Source: Myxococcales bacterium
Lineage (GTDB): Bacteria; Myxococcota_A; Polyangia; Polyangiales; Polyangiaceae
Assembly (NCBI GenBank): GCA_043747615.1
Contig: JAYTOU010000023.1
Coordinates: forward strand, 96,001-160,000
Direction: 5' to 3'
Length of the DNA: 64,000 nucleotides
The notes beneath the pieces are model-generated. The model did no database searches. It saw nothing but the letters and a program-made list of their open reading frames with translations, and had not been told where the DNA came from. Shown here in pieces: positions 19,239 through 26,730 of the stretch (within the stretch, counting starts at the first letter, position 1; the number at the start of each line of letters is the position of its first letter). The position numbers and the translations under genes were made by a program.

Positions 19239-20642
19239 TCAGAACAACGAACGCCAAGCGTCGACGACGTAAGCGAGCGGGCCGAACGTAAGCGGGCTCC
19301 ATGGCGGCTCGCCCGAAAGAAACCGATCGCTCTGCGCCCCGTGCACGAGACCAAATGCAATGAGACACTGGGTTGCAACGGACCAGACACAAGCGGCCTG
19401 TAACCGATGGCGGGATCGCTCGCGCCAGGCTAAGGCCAGACCAGGCGCGAAGAGTGGCAGTGTGTCGCTTACCATCCGATAGCTGGCGCAATAGCTGCCA
19501 GTCCACCCACCCCACTTGCCGAGCAGCAACCAATAGAAAAAAAGCCCGGACAACAGCATACGTTCTCGCGAGAACACCATTCCGCGATTTTTGGCGAGCG
19601 CGAATACGGCGAAGAGCAAGCACGGCGAATAGAGGAAAATCCCACGTGCCGGCGACACTAGGATTCCAGCGAGCCCCCCGGGCCAAAAGCCGGTCCAGCC
19701 TTCGCTTGCTTCGGCTCCGTATCCGGTCGCGAGCGGACTACCGAACAGTCTCCAATTGTAGAGGCCGACGAGAGCCAGGAAAAAGCCAACGCCGCCGGCG
19801 GCCAACGCCGCTCCCTTTCGGCTTTCGACCGCGAGCGCTGCGATCAATGCGGCAGCCAAGATGATGTCGACACTGCGGCAAGCCACGGCGAGGCCGGCGC
19901 AAAGACCGACCGCCAAGCCCTGTCTCCACCACGTGCGAACGCAATAGAGTCCCGCGACCGCGAGGCTCAGAGAAAACCCCGCGCCGGTATGCTGCCAAAG
20001 GGCTTTGCCGAAAATGGTAGCCGCTGCGGTGCCCGCGAAATAGGCAAGCGTCACCCAACGTGCATCGCGTTCGTTTCCCGTAATCTGCGTGAACACCGAA
20101 AAAAGGAACAAGACGGAGACGGAGGTAAGGCCGGCCGCAGCAATGGAGTCAAGTTCGTATAGGGCATCGCTATTCGGATCGAAGTGACCGAGTGCCGAAG
20201 GCAAATAAAATGGGATTGCGAGGAACGAGGTGGCGATCGGATAGCGGGAGAGAGTGTGCGAGCCCACTAAGGTAAACGCGTAGCTCGATCGGTCATGGAG
20301 GCTGTCCAAAAAGAGCGTGTGTTCGCGCAAGAAAATCAACGGCAAAACGCGGGTGGGGGCCATGTCGCCGGAGCCGAGGTATCGCCCGTTGCCGAGAAAA
20401 AACGCGAAGCTGGATAGAAGTAACACCAAGCGCTTGTGAGGCACGGGGCTCACGGCAACCGAGGAAGCAAGCAGGAGCGCTGCCAAGGCCGTTTCGATCG
20501 TCAGGCGGCTACCCGGAAGGATGAACGAGCCGAGCACACGCGGCGTGGGACCCGACCACAACATGGTCAAGACGTCGCATGTAACGACCAATGCAACCGT
20601 CAGCAGCGCAAAAGCCCAACGCCAGCGCAGAGTCATACGCAT
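19239..20642 (-). CDS. Multi-pass membrane protein, GT-C-like glycosyltransferase
   Basis: Many hydrophobic segments; SGD after first helices, SRYPIA, LWQH, YNWRLFGSPLATGY, LVSPARGIFLYSP motifs. Confidence 0.7.
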   Translation of the reverse strand: MRMTLRWRWAFALLTVALVVTCDVLTMLWSGPTPRVLGSFILPGSRLTIETALAALLLASSVAVSPVPHKRLVLLLSSFAFFLGNGRYLGSGDMAPTRVLPLIFLREHTLFLDSLHDRSSYAFTLVGSHTLSRYPIATSFLAIPFYLPSALGHFDPNSDALYELDSIAAAGLTSVSVLFLFSVFTQITGNERDARWVTLAYFAGTAAATIFGKALWQHTGAGFSLSLAVAGLYCVRTWWRQGLAVGLCAGLAVACRSVDIILAAALIAALAVESRKGAALAAGGVGFFLALVGLYNWRLFGSPLATGYGAEASEGWTGFWPGGLAGILVSPARGIFLYSPCLLFAVFALAKNRGMVFSRERMLLSGLFFYWLLLGKWGGWTGSYCASYRMVSDTLPLFAPGLALAWRERSRHRLQAACVWSVATQCLIAFGLVHGAQSDRFLSGEPPWSPLTFGPLAYVVDAWRSLF

Positions 20643-21057
20643 ATGTGATTCCTCTACCTTGACCCGGCCTGGTGCATCAGCGAGATCCGTCCGCCGCCCT
20701 CGGCGAGTTAGACCGCACAATCTGCGCTGTGTAAACAAGCGAGGAGCTTCAGGTTCAGTAAAGCTCCATTTGCGAGCGGACAGCACCGCCTCAACTCAGT
20801 TGGTTTGGTTTGGTCGATTTCGACGACCAACATCCGACTTCGCGCCTTATCTCGCCTGCCTCTTTTCGTCTCGATGGGCGTTCCTCTTCCTACGCTCCGC
20901 GGCGCGCGAGGACGCTCCCCCGTGGCCGAGCCGCCTTCGACGAGTACGACCACCGCCACGAGTGCCGCCGTCCACGTCGTCCCCGCTCGCGAGCGTTGTC
21001 GTCCCTTGAATCAGACTGCGGACAAACTTCGCAGTTGAGGTTTCACGCAACTTGTTG

Positions 21058-21217
21058 GCGCGTTCGTCGATCCCTTACGACACGGGAGAGCGCTTCGCGG
21101 TCGGCCTGCGGAACGGCGAGGCTCTGGCGTGGGACCACGACGGTCGCCTGTGGGCGTTCGTCAACGGCCGCGATTTCCTACACCCCGCAGGAACTCCCGA
21201 CACGTTCTATCTCGCGG
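21058..21217 (+). pseudogene. Fragment of a PQQ-dependent sugar (glucose/sorbosone) dehydrogenase-like gene
   Basis: FAVGLRNGEALAWDHDGRLWAFVNGRD matches the GLRN..LAW....LW...NGRD propeller motif; similarity ends abruptly. Confidence 0.6.
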
Positions 21218-21460
21218 GTGCTGAAGGCCGTCATGAGCTCCTTCTCGCAGGCGCTCGGCGTGAGGTGCAGCTGGTGTCATATCGAGAACGATTTCGCCAC
21301 AGCGACCGCACGAAAGGCAGACGCCGCTTTCATGTGGGACGTCTTCGTCGCGCAGATGCAGCTCGTCGACGGCAGTCCGCTCTACTGCGACTCATGCCAC
21401 CACCAGAGCGCCGTGTTCCTCCATCGAAACGTCACCGAGAAACATGCGCTCGCGAAGTTA
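21218..21460 (+). pseudogene. Fragment of a multiheme cytochrome c (reaction-centre cytochrome-like repeat)
   Basis: MSSFSQALGVRCSWCH...M...CDSCH; no signal peptide; different frame from the preceding fragment. Confidence 0.6.
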
Positions 21461-21493
21461 CCACGCGCCGGCGTCGCAGGCGGGGCTGCAGCC

Positions 21494-21799
21494 ATGATCG
21501 CGCGTTCGATAGCGGCGTGCGTGGTGCTCGGTGTCCTCGTCACCGCCGGATGCATCGGTGGTCAGAGCGAGCCCGCACGCCAGACCTCCGACGCCCTCGG
21601 GGATCGCTCTCGCGACGTACCTCCGGCGACACTTCAGGAGCGCGACTGGAAGGAGGCGGCTAAGGGTCATGCCGCCGCAGGGCCGATCCCCGCCGCCGAG
21701 CTCGTGCGGATGGAAAGACGCAGTGCCCCCGGCGGCAACCTCGACGTCGACGCGAGCGCGGGAGACGCGAGCGCGCCTGCATCTCGCGCTTCGAAATAG
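21494..21799 (+). CDS. Small hypothetical lipoprotein
   Basis: MIARSIAACVVLGVLVTAGC signal/lipobox. Confidence 0.55.
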   Translation: MIARSIAACVVLGVLVTAGCIGGQSEPARQTSDALGDRSRDVPPATLQERDWKEAAKGHAAAGPIPAAELVRMERRSAPGGNLDVDASAGDASAPASRASK

Positions 21800-21923
21800 C
21801 TCCGCGCGTCAGCTCCGAACGGGCTTCGAGGTTACGTCTGTTCGCGATCGTGTTGGAGACCGCGACGCGGCAAGCCCGCAAGGAACGGACTCGGGGTCAG
21901 CGCTCGCCTTCTTGGGGGTGCTG

Positions 21924-21945
21924 CGAATCGTACCGGGGGGCGCGC
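21924..21945 (+). repeat. attR-like degenerate copy of tRNA-Arg 3' end
   Basis: One substitution and one extra G relative to 19110-19130. Confidence 0.7.
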
Positions 21946-21999
21946 CTATTTTCGTGCTCGACGTTGACGGCCGCGCGAATCCGATGAAGCACTCGCGTC

Positions 22000-22194
22000 A
22001 TGGCCATCGAAGTTATCGTCCCGTCCTTCCTCGCAGGCACTGCTGTCACCTGGGTGCCTCGCGATCCCGTCATCGACGTGACCTCACGCGCCGCGCGAAA
22101 GAAGATCCTCGACATGGCAGAGCGCGCAGCGGCTCGGAGCGGCCCGAGGAGCGACGTCCCCGAGGACGAGGAAGCCGACACCGCCGAGGTTTGA
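22000..22194 (+). CDS. Small hypothetical protein with acidic tail (64 aa)
   Basis: ATG start, host-like codon usage, fills the gap right of the att-like repeat. Confidence 0.5.
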   Translation: MAIEVIVPSFLAGTAVTWVPRDPVIDVTSRAARKKILDMAERAAARSGPRSDVPEDEEADTAEV

Positions 22195-22308
22195 CCTAAA
22201 ACGCGTCCACTCAGTCGATCCGCGACAGGCCTGCCTACCGGAAGACGCGAGTACGCTCCGATCATCTGCCGCAAGGCGGTCGACGGCGCGCAACTCCGGC
22301 ACCCGCAC

Positions 22309-23421
22309 CTAGTGGGAGCGGAGCGCGTTGAGCAGCTCGATCAAAATCAGGAGGATGACGATTATTTCTAGGATCGTGCTCCTGCGGATCTGCACCTCGT
22401 CTTTCAGCAAGTCGTAGGCGCGCCCCACGAGCGCCTGCTTGCCGTCGACGCTCTTGCGCCAATCGGGGAGCCGGAAGCGACGAATGGCGGAGTCGTAGAC
22501 GCGCGCGAGATAAAAATCGCCGATGATTTTCAGGGCGTTGTCCACCCGCTCGGTGAACTCGGTGAGCTCGACGAGACGGCGCAGTACACCGCGCGCCAGG
22601 CGGCCGTACGGACTACGAAAGATCGAAGAGCGACGCGCCTCGGCGAACTGGGTGTAGATTCGCCCGAGCTCGACGTCGAACGTCTCGTCGTAATACCGAA
22701 GCTCGAGAAGCTGCGCGGTCGCAAACTCCAGGATGTCGGGGATGTCGCGGCTGCCGGAGGGCTCGAGGACGAACGCGCTGTTCCAATCGATGATCACGAG
22801 ATCGTCTTCGAAATAGCTGTTGGCGTGCTTGAGCACGTCGTCGCGCTGCTGCGCGCTCAGGTTCTTTGCGCCCGGCTCGCCGACCAAGAGCTTGGCGAGG
22901 ACGGAGCTGTGCTTCAAGCTCTCCGCGCACGTCTCGCCTCCGACCTCTTGCACGAAGAGCACGGTGTACGTCTCGACCCCGCGCCAAGCGTGTGGACCGA
23001 TGATCGCCGAGTCGATCTTTTTGACGAGCGCATCGAGCTCCACCCGCGCGTGCTCCTCCAGCACCGGGGAATCATAGATCTCGTCGCATAGCGGGGTGAG
23101 GCTCGCGAGCTCGGTGGCTTGGTCGATCGCGAGCTCGAAGCGAATAGACACAGCGCCGTAATCGAAGAGGCGCGCGTACACGCCGAGCTCCAGGGCGGTC
23201 TTCGTGCCCGGTAGAAAAATCGAGCGCGTACCGAGCGTGACGTCGAGCGGGAGGACAGAGAAGACGAGGTTCTGCGCGCCCGCGCGATCCAGTCGAAGGC
23301 GACCACCCGCTGCCGTTCCGAGAATTTTCTCCGCGACGTCGAGGGCGATCTCGTCGCCTGCGTCGAAAATTCGGTAGGCGAGAATGGCCCCTCTGGTAAC
23401 GACGAGAGTGGGTTCGCTCAC
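22309..23421 (-). CDS. RMD1/DUF155-like protein with C-terminal TM helix
   Basis: LFDYGAVS, LELRYYD, LARVY, C-terminal LEIIVILLILIE. Confidence 0.7.
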   Translation of the reverse strand: MSEPTLVVTRGAILAYRIFDAGDEIALDVAEKILGTAAGGRLRLDRAGAQNLVFSVLPLDVTLGTRSIFLPGTKTALELGVYARLFDYGAVSIRFELAIDQATELASLTPLCDEIYDSPVLEEHARVELDALVKKIDSAIIGPHAWRGVETYTVLFVQEVGGETCAESLKHSSVLAKLLVGEPGAKNLSAQQRDDVLKHANSYFEDDLVIIDWNSAFVLEPSGSRDIPDILEFATAQLLELRYYDETFDVELGRIYTQFAEARRSSIFRSPYGRLARGVLRRLVELTEFTERVDNALKIIGDFYLARVYDSAIRRFRLPDWRKSVDGKQALVGRAYDLLKDEVQIRRSTILEIIVILLILIELLNALRSH

Positions 23422-23529
23422 GGCGTGAATCGGCGCAAGCGCATGAAGGGGTACGGCCTGCCTACCATGGTCGGGGCACGGCGCAAGTCTCCGTGCGTGC
23501 CTTGAGCGCGCGTGCTAGTTGCCATCGCC

Positions 23530-24342
23530 GTGGGTACGACTCCTCCGCCGACCGCCACCGTCGAGCGCTGGGCGTGGGACTACGTGCACGCGACCGATCT
23601 CGGAACGAAGCTCGCTCCTCGGCCGCGACCGACAGCGTGGGAAGAGGCCCCTCCGCCGCGCAGGATTCCTCGGCCGGGGAGGCCTCCCGAGCTCGTGTGC
23701 ACCGCGCGTGCGCCGAAGAGTCCGGGGCCGGAGGCGCTCCGCGTTCCCGCCAAGCGCGCGCAGCTCGTTCACACCTTTCTCCACCACGAGCTTCAAGCGG
23801 CCGAGCTGATGTGCTGGGCGCTGCTTGCATTTCCGGACACGCCGCGCGCATTTCGCATCGGGCTCCTCCGCGTAATGAGGGACGAAGTGCGGCACATGAA
23901 TCTCTATCTCGATTACCTGACGAAGCTGGGTCACCGGTACGGCTCCTTCGAGGTCCGTGATTGGTTCTGGGAGCGCGTGCCCCAAGCGGAGACTGCGACC
24001 CACTTTGCAGCGGTGATGGGAATGGGCTTCGAGGGGGGGAATCTCGATCACACCCGCCGCTTCGCCGAGCGCTTCCGAGCGGTCGGTGATCTCGAGGGAG
24101 CAGCGCTTCAAGAAAAAGTGTGCAGCGAAGAGATTCCGCACGTGCGCTTCGCGGTGCGCTGGTTCGCGCGATGGGCCGGAGGCGCCGGCTTCGAAGAGTG
24201 GATGACGTACCTGCCCCGTCCGCTCTCACCGATGGTGATGCGGGGCCTTCCGCTCAACCTCGAAGATCGCTTGAAATCAGGCTTTTCCAAGCCATTTCTC
24301 GAGGAGCTCACGCGATGGTCACCCGTAGCGCCTGGGTTCTGA
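23530..24342 (+). CDS. DUF455 ferritin-like di-iron protein
   Basis: PGRP, HTFLHHELQAAEL, DEVRH, FEGGNLD, EEIPHV. Confidence 0.85.
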   Translation: MGTTPPPTATVERWAWDYVHATDLGTKLAPRPRPTAWEEAPPPRRIPRPGRPPELVCTARAPKSPGPEALRVPAKRAQLVHTFLHHELQAAELMCWALLAFPDTPRAFRIGLLRVMRDEVRHMNLYLDYLTKLGHRYGSFEVRDWFWERVPQAETATHFAAVMGMGFEGGNLDHTRRFAERFRAVGDLEGAALQEKVCSEEIPHVRFAVRWFARWAGGAGFEEWMTYLPRPLSPMVMRGLPLNLEDRLKSGFSKPFLEELTRWSPVAPGF

Positions 24343-25205
24343 ACTTCGGCGCGGAGGACGAGCTCGCCGAGCCGGATCGTCAGTCGTCTGCGCGCGCTCT
24401 CGAGGCCAGACGCGCGGCACTTGAAGACCTCGTTCGCGATCTCCTCGCTCCGGGGGACCTCATCGTCCACGACGACACGAGGCTCGCACCCGCCGCGCTC
24501 ATCGGGCGAGCGTGGTGTCCGACTCCCCGCGCTCTTCGCCTGCTCACCAAAGCCGGAGCTCGCCCGCTGCCCGCGCCGCCGCTCGAGGTTCTTCGTCGCG
24601 TGAACCACCGCGCGTTCTCGGCCGAGCTCGGGCAGACGTTGCCGGGCGCGCGCTTCGTCCGCAATCGCACGGAGCTCGATGCGACGCTTGCGCAGGAGGC
24701 AACGGGGTGGCTGTTGAAGCGCCCTTTCGGGTACGCCGGACGCGGTCGGCTGCGGGTGCTCCCCGGTGCAATCCTCGAGAGCGAAGAGCGCTGGATCGAG
24801 GCCTCTCTCCGGACGGGCGAAGGGCTTCAAGTGGAGCCTCTCGTCGAGCGCATTGCAGACTTCGCGCTTCACGGGTACGCGTCGCGCGCCGGCGTCGTCG
24901 TCCTTGGTGCGCCCGCCCATCAGGAGTGCGACGCTGCTGGCGTTTGGCGAAGCTCGACCCGCGCCGCGTTCGGCGAGCTCGCGCCCGAGGAGAAAAGTGC
25001 GCTCACCCACGCCGCCACGCAGGCGGGCCTCGCTCTCACCAACGCCGGGTATTTTGGGCCTTTCGGCCTCGATGCGTTCCGCTGGAAAATAAAAAATGGA
25101 GAGATCCGCTTCAACCCGCGGTGCGAGATCAACGCGCGTTATTCCATGGGATGGGCGGCAGGAATGGGTACCCTCCGCCCCGACCAGGACGAAGGAGAAG
25201 GTTGA
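24315..25205 (+). CDS. ATP-grasp fold protein of unknown substrate
   Basis: WLLKRPFGYAGRG, QVEPLV, GYFGPFGLD, EINARYSMG; GAGGAG RBS; overlaps the DUF455 gene. Confidence 0.75.
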   Translation: MVTRSAWVLNFGAEDELAEPDRQSSARALEARRAALEDLVRDLLAPGDLIVHDDTRLAPAALIGRAWCPTPRALRLLTKAGARPLPAPPLEVLRRVNHRAFSAELGQTLPGARFVRNRTELDATLAQEATGWLLKRPFGYAGRGRLRVLPGAILESEERWIEASLRTGEGLQVEPLVERIADFALHGYASRAGVVVLGAPAHQECDAAGVWRSSTRAAFGELAPEEKSALTHAATQAGLALTNAGYFGPFGLDAFRWKIKNGEIRFNPRCEINARYSMGWAAGMGTLRPDQDEGEG

Positions 25206-25207
25206 CG

Positions 25208-25750
25208 ATGGCCCTCGGCGCAACGATGTACCGTTTGAAGATCGACTTGTCGGACGTGGACCGCGCCGTTTACGAGTCACTCGATCTCCGTGTCGCTCGC
25301 CACCCCTCAGAGACGATGCGCTATCTCCTCGCGCGCACGCTCGCCTATTGCCTCTGTCACGAGGAAGGAATCGCCTTCTCCAAAGGGCTCTCGACGAACG
25401 ACGAGCCAGCCGTCTGGATTCACGATTTGCAGGGGAACCTGAAGGCCTGGATCGAAGTGGGCAATCCGAACGCGGAAAGGCTTCACAAGGCGAACAAGGC
25501 CTCTCCACGCACGGTGATTTTCACCCACGCCCCCGAGCTCCTGCTCCGAGAGACACAGGGAAAGACGATCTTCAAGCGCGAACGCATCGAGGTGTTCAGC
25601 GTGGAGCCGTCCTTTCTCGACGCGCTCGACGACGCGACCGATCGCAACACGCGCTGGGAAATGGTGCGCACCGAAGGCGCGCTCTACGTCACCATCGACG
25701 GCAAGAGCATCGAAGGCACGCTCACCCGCCACGAGCTCACGGCCGACTAA
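25208..25750 (+). CDS. yaeQ: YaeQ family protein
   Basis: MALGAT, SDVDR..Y, ARHPSET, FSKGLS..DEP, WIEVG.P...RLHKA. Confidence 0.92.
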   Translation: MALGATMYRLKIDLSDVDRAVYESLDLRVARHPSETMRYLLARTLAYCLCHEEGIAFSKGLSTNDEPAVWIHDLQGNLKAWIEVGNPNAERLHKANKASPRTVIFTHAPELLLRETQGKTIFKRERIEVFSVEPSFLDALDDATDRNTRWEMVRTEGALYVTIDGKSIEGTLTRHELTAD

Positions 25751-26214
25751 TGCGCTTTTGCCCTTGTTTTTCTGCCATTGCGTACGCCCAGTGTTGCGAG
25801 CCGTTTCACCGCGGTAAGCGAGAGCCGCCCACGCCGACGGCTACGATGCGCTCGCGTTTCGCGGCCTACGCGGCGAAAGACTACGGCTACTTGTGGCGCA
25901 CGATGGACGCGAGCCACGAGTACCGCGCAGTACGCGAAGAGCAGTTCATCGCCGCGGCTTGCGATGCGTCGAGGACGCAGCGGTACCTCGGCCTCACCAT
26001 CTGCGACGATCGCGCAGCCAACGAGAACGGGATCGCGAAGGTCCTCTTTCTGGCCAAGGTGTTCGACCGCGGGTCCGATCAGTCGTTCGTCGAGTGTTCG
26101 GACTTCGTGCACGACGGCAGAGGCTGGCGCTACCTGATGGGCACCACGACGGCCCCTCGTCGCGACGGGTTGGATCGCACTATCGAGACGTTTCTTACCC
26201 TCGCCCTCACATGA
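25750..26214 (+). CDS. ychJ: YchJ family (SEC-C motif plus NTF2-like) protein
   Basis: CPC.S...YAQCCEPFH, MRSRFAAYA, WRY; TAATG overlap with yaeQ. Confidence 0.82.
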   Translation: MRFCPCFSAIAYAQCCEPFHRGKREPPTPTATMRSRFAAYAAKDYGYLWRTMDASHEYRAVREEQFIAAACDASRTQRYLGLTICDDRAANENGIAKVLFLAKVFDRGSDQSFVECSDFVHDGRGWRYLMGTTTAPRRDGLDRTIETFLTLALT

Positions 26215-26641
26215 CCGTCTTGTCGAGGGCCGACGGAAGCTCGCCGCGGAGGCGCCGCTTCCACTCTTCAGCTTCGCGCAGGTGCCGACCGGCGGGGAGC
26301 GCGCGGGCATAGCGATCGATGAGCTCGGTCCCCGCGGAGACAGATTTCTCGACGTCGCCGGTCGCCGAGTGGGCGTGCGCGAGGTGCTCCGCGGCGCAGA
26401 CGAGCGCGCTGAAATAAGAGTCGTCGATGTCGTCCCTCTCCAGAATGCGCTCGGCGAGATCGAGGACGAGCGCGCGCTCAAAGTCCATCGCGGCCTCGGC
26501 GTACTTCTCCTGAAAGTCGTAAGCCGTCGCGCGATCGACCAGAATTTCTGGGCTGGTGGTGCCGGCGTCGATCTCTTTCGTGGCCTCGATCACCGCCTCT
26601 TCGTAGAGACCATCGTCAATCATCTTTCGTGCAAACGACAT
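26207..26641 (-). CDS. Small TPR-like protein
   Basis: GLYEEAV, RATAYDFQEKYAEAAMDFERALVLD TPR pattern; start 26641 or 26659. Confidence 0.7.
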   Translation of the reverse strand: MSFARKMIDDGLYEEAVIEATKEIDAGTTSPEILVDRATAYDFQEKYAEAAMDFERALVLDLAERILERDDIDDSYFSALVCAAEHLAHAHSATGDVEKSVSAGTELIDRYARALPAGRHLREAEEWKRRLRGELPSALDKTVM

Positions 26642-26730
26642 CCCGTAGCGACCGGCCATCGGCGGACACTACTGCAGATTTTGGGTGGCAGCGACGGCGT
26701 TTCCTGGGCATTCTCACAACCCAACTAAAA

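Larger units (their letters stand above)
19110..21945. mobile_element. Degenerate genomic island remnant integrated at tRNA-Arg 3' end (no integrase seen)
   Basis: CGAATCGTGCCGGGGGCGCGC (19110-19130) recurs as CGAATCGTACCGGGGGGCGCGC (21924-21945); interior holds a visibly more A/T-rich gene and gene fragments. Confidence 0.7.

Noticed and set aside
18944..19390. Extension of ORF 18107..19390 across the tRNA
   Set aside because: APGTIRTCDL is the antisense reading of tRNA-Arg.
21218..21460. Reaction-centre cytochrome fragment as evidence of phototrophy
   Set aside because: Only a short fragment; no puf or bch genes in the window; such domains occur in non-phototrophs.
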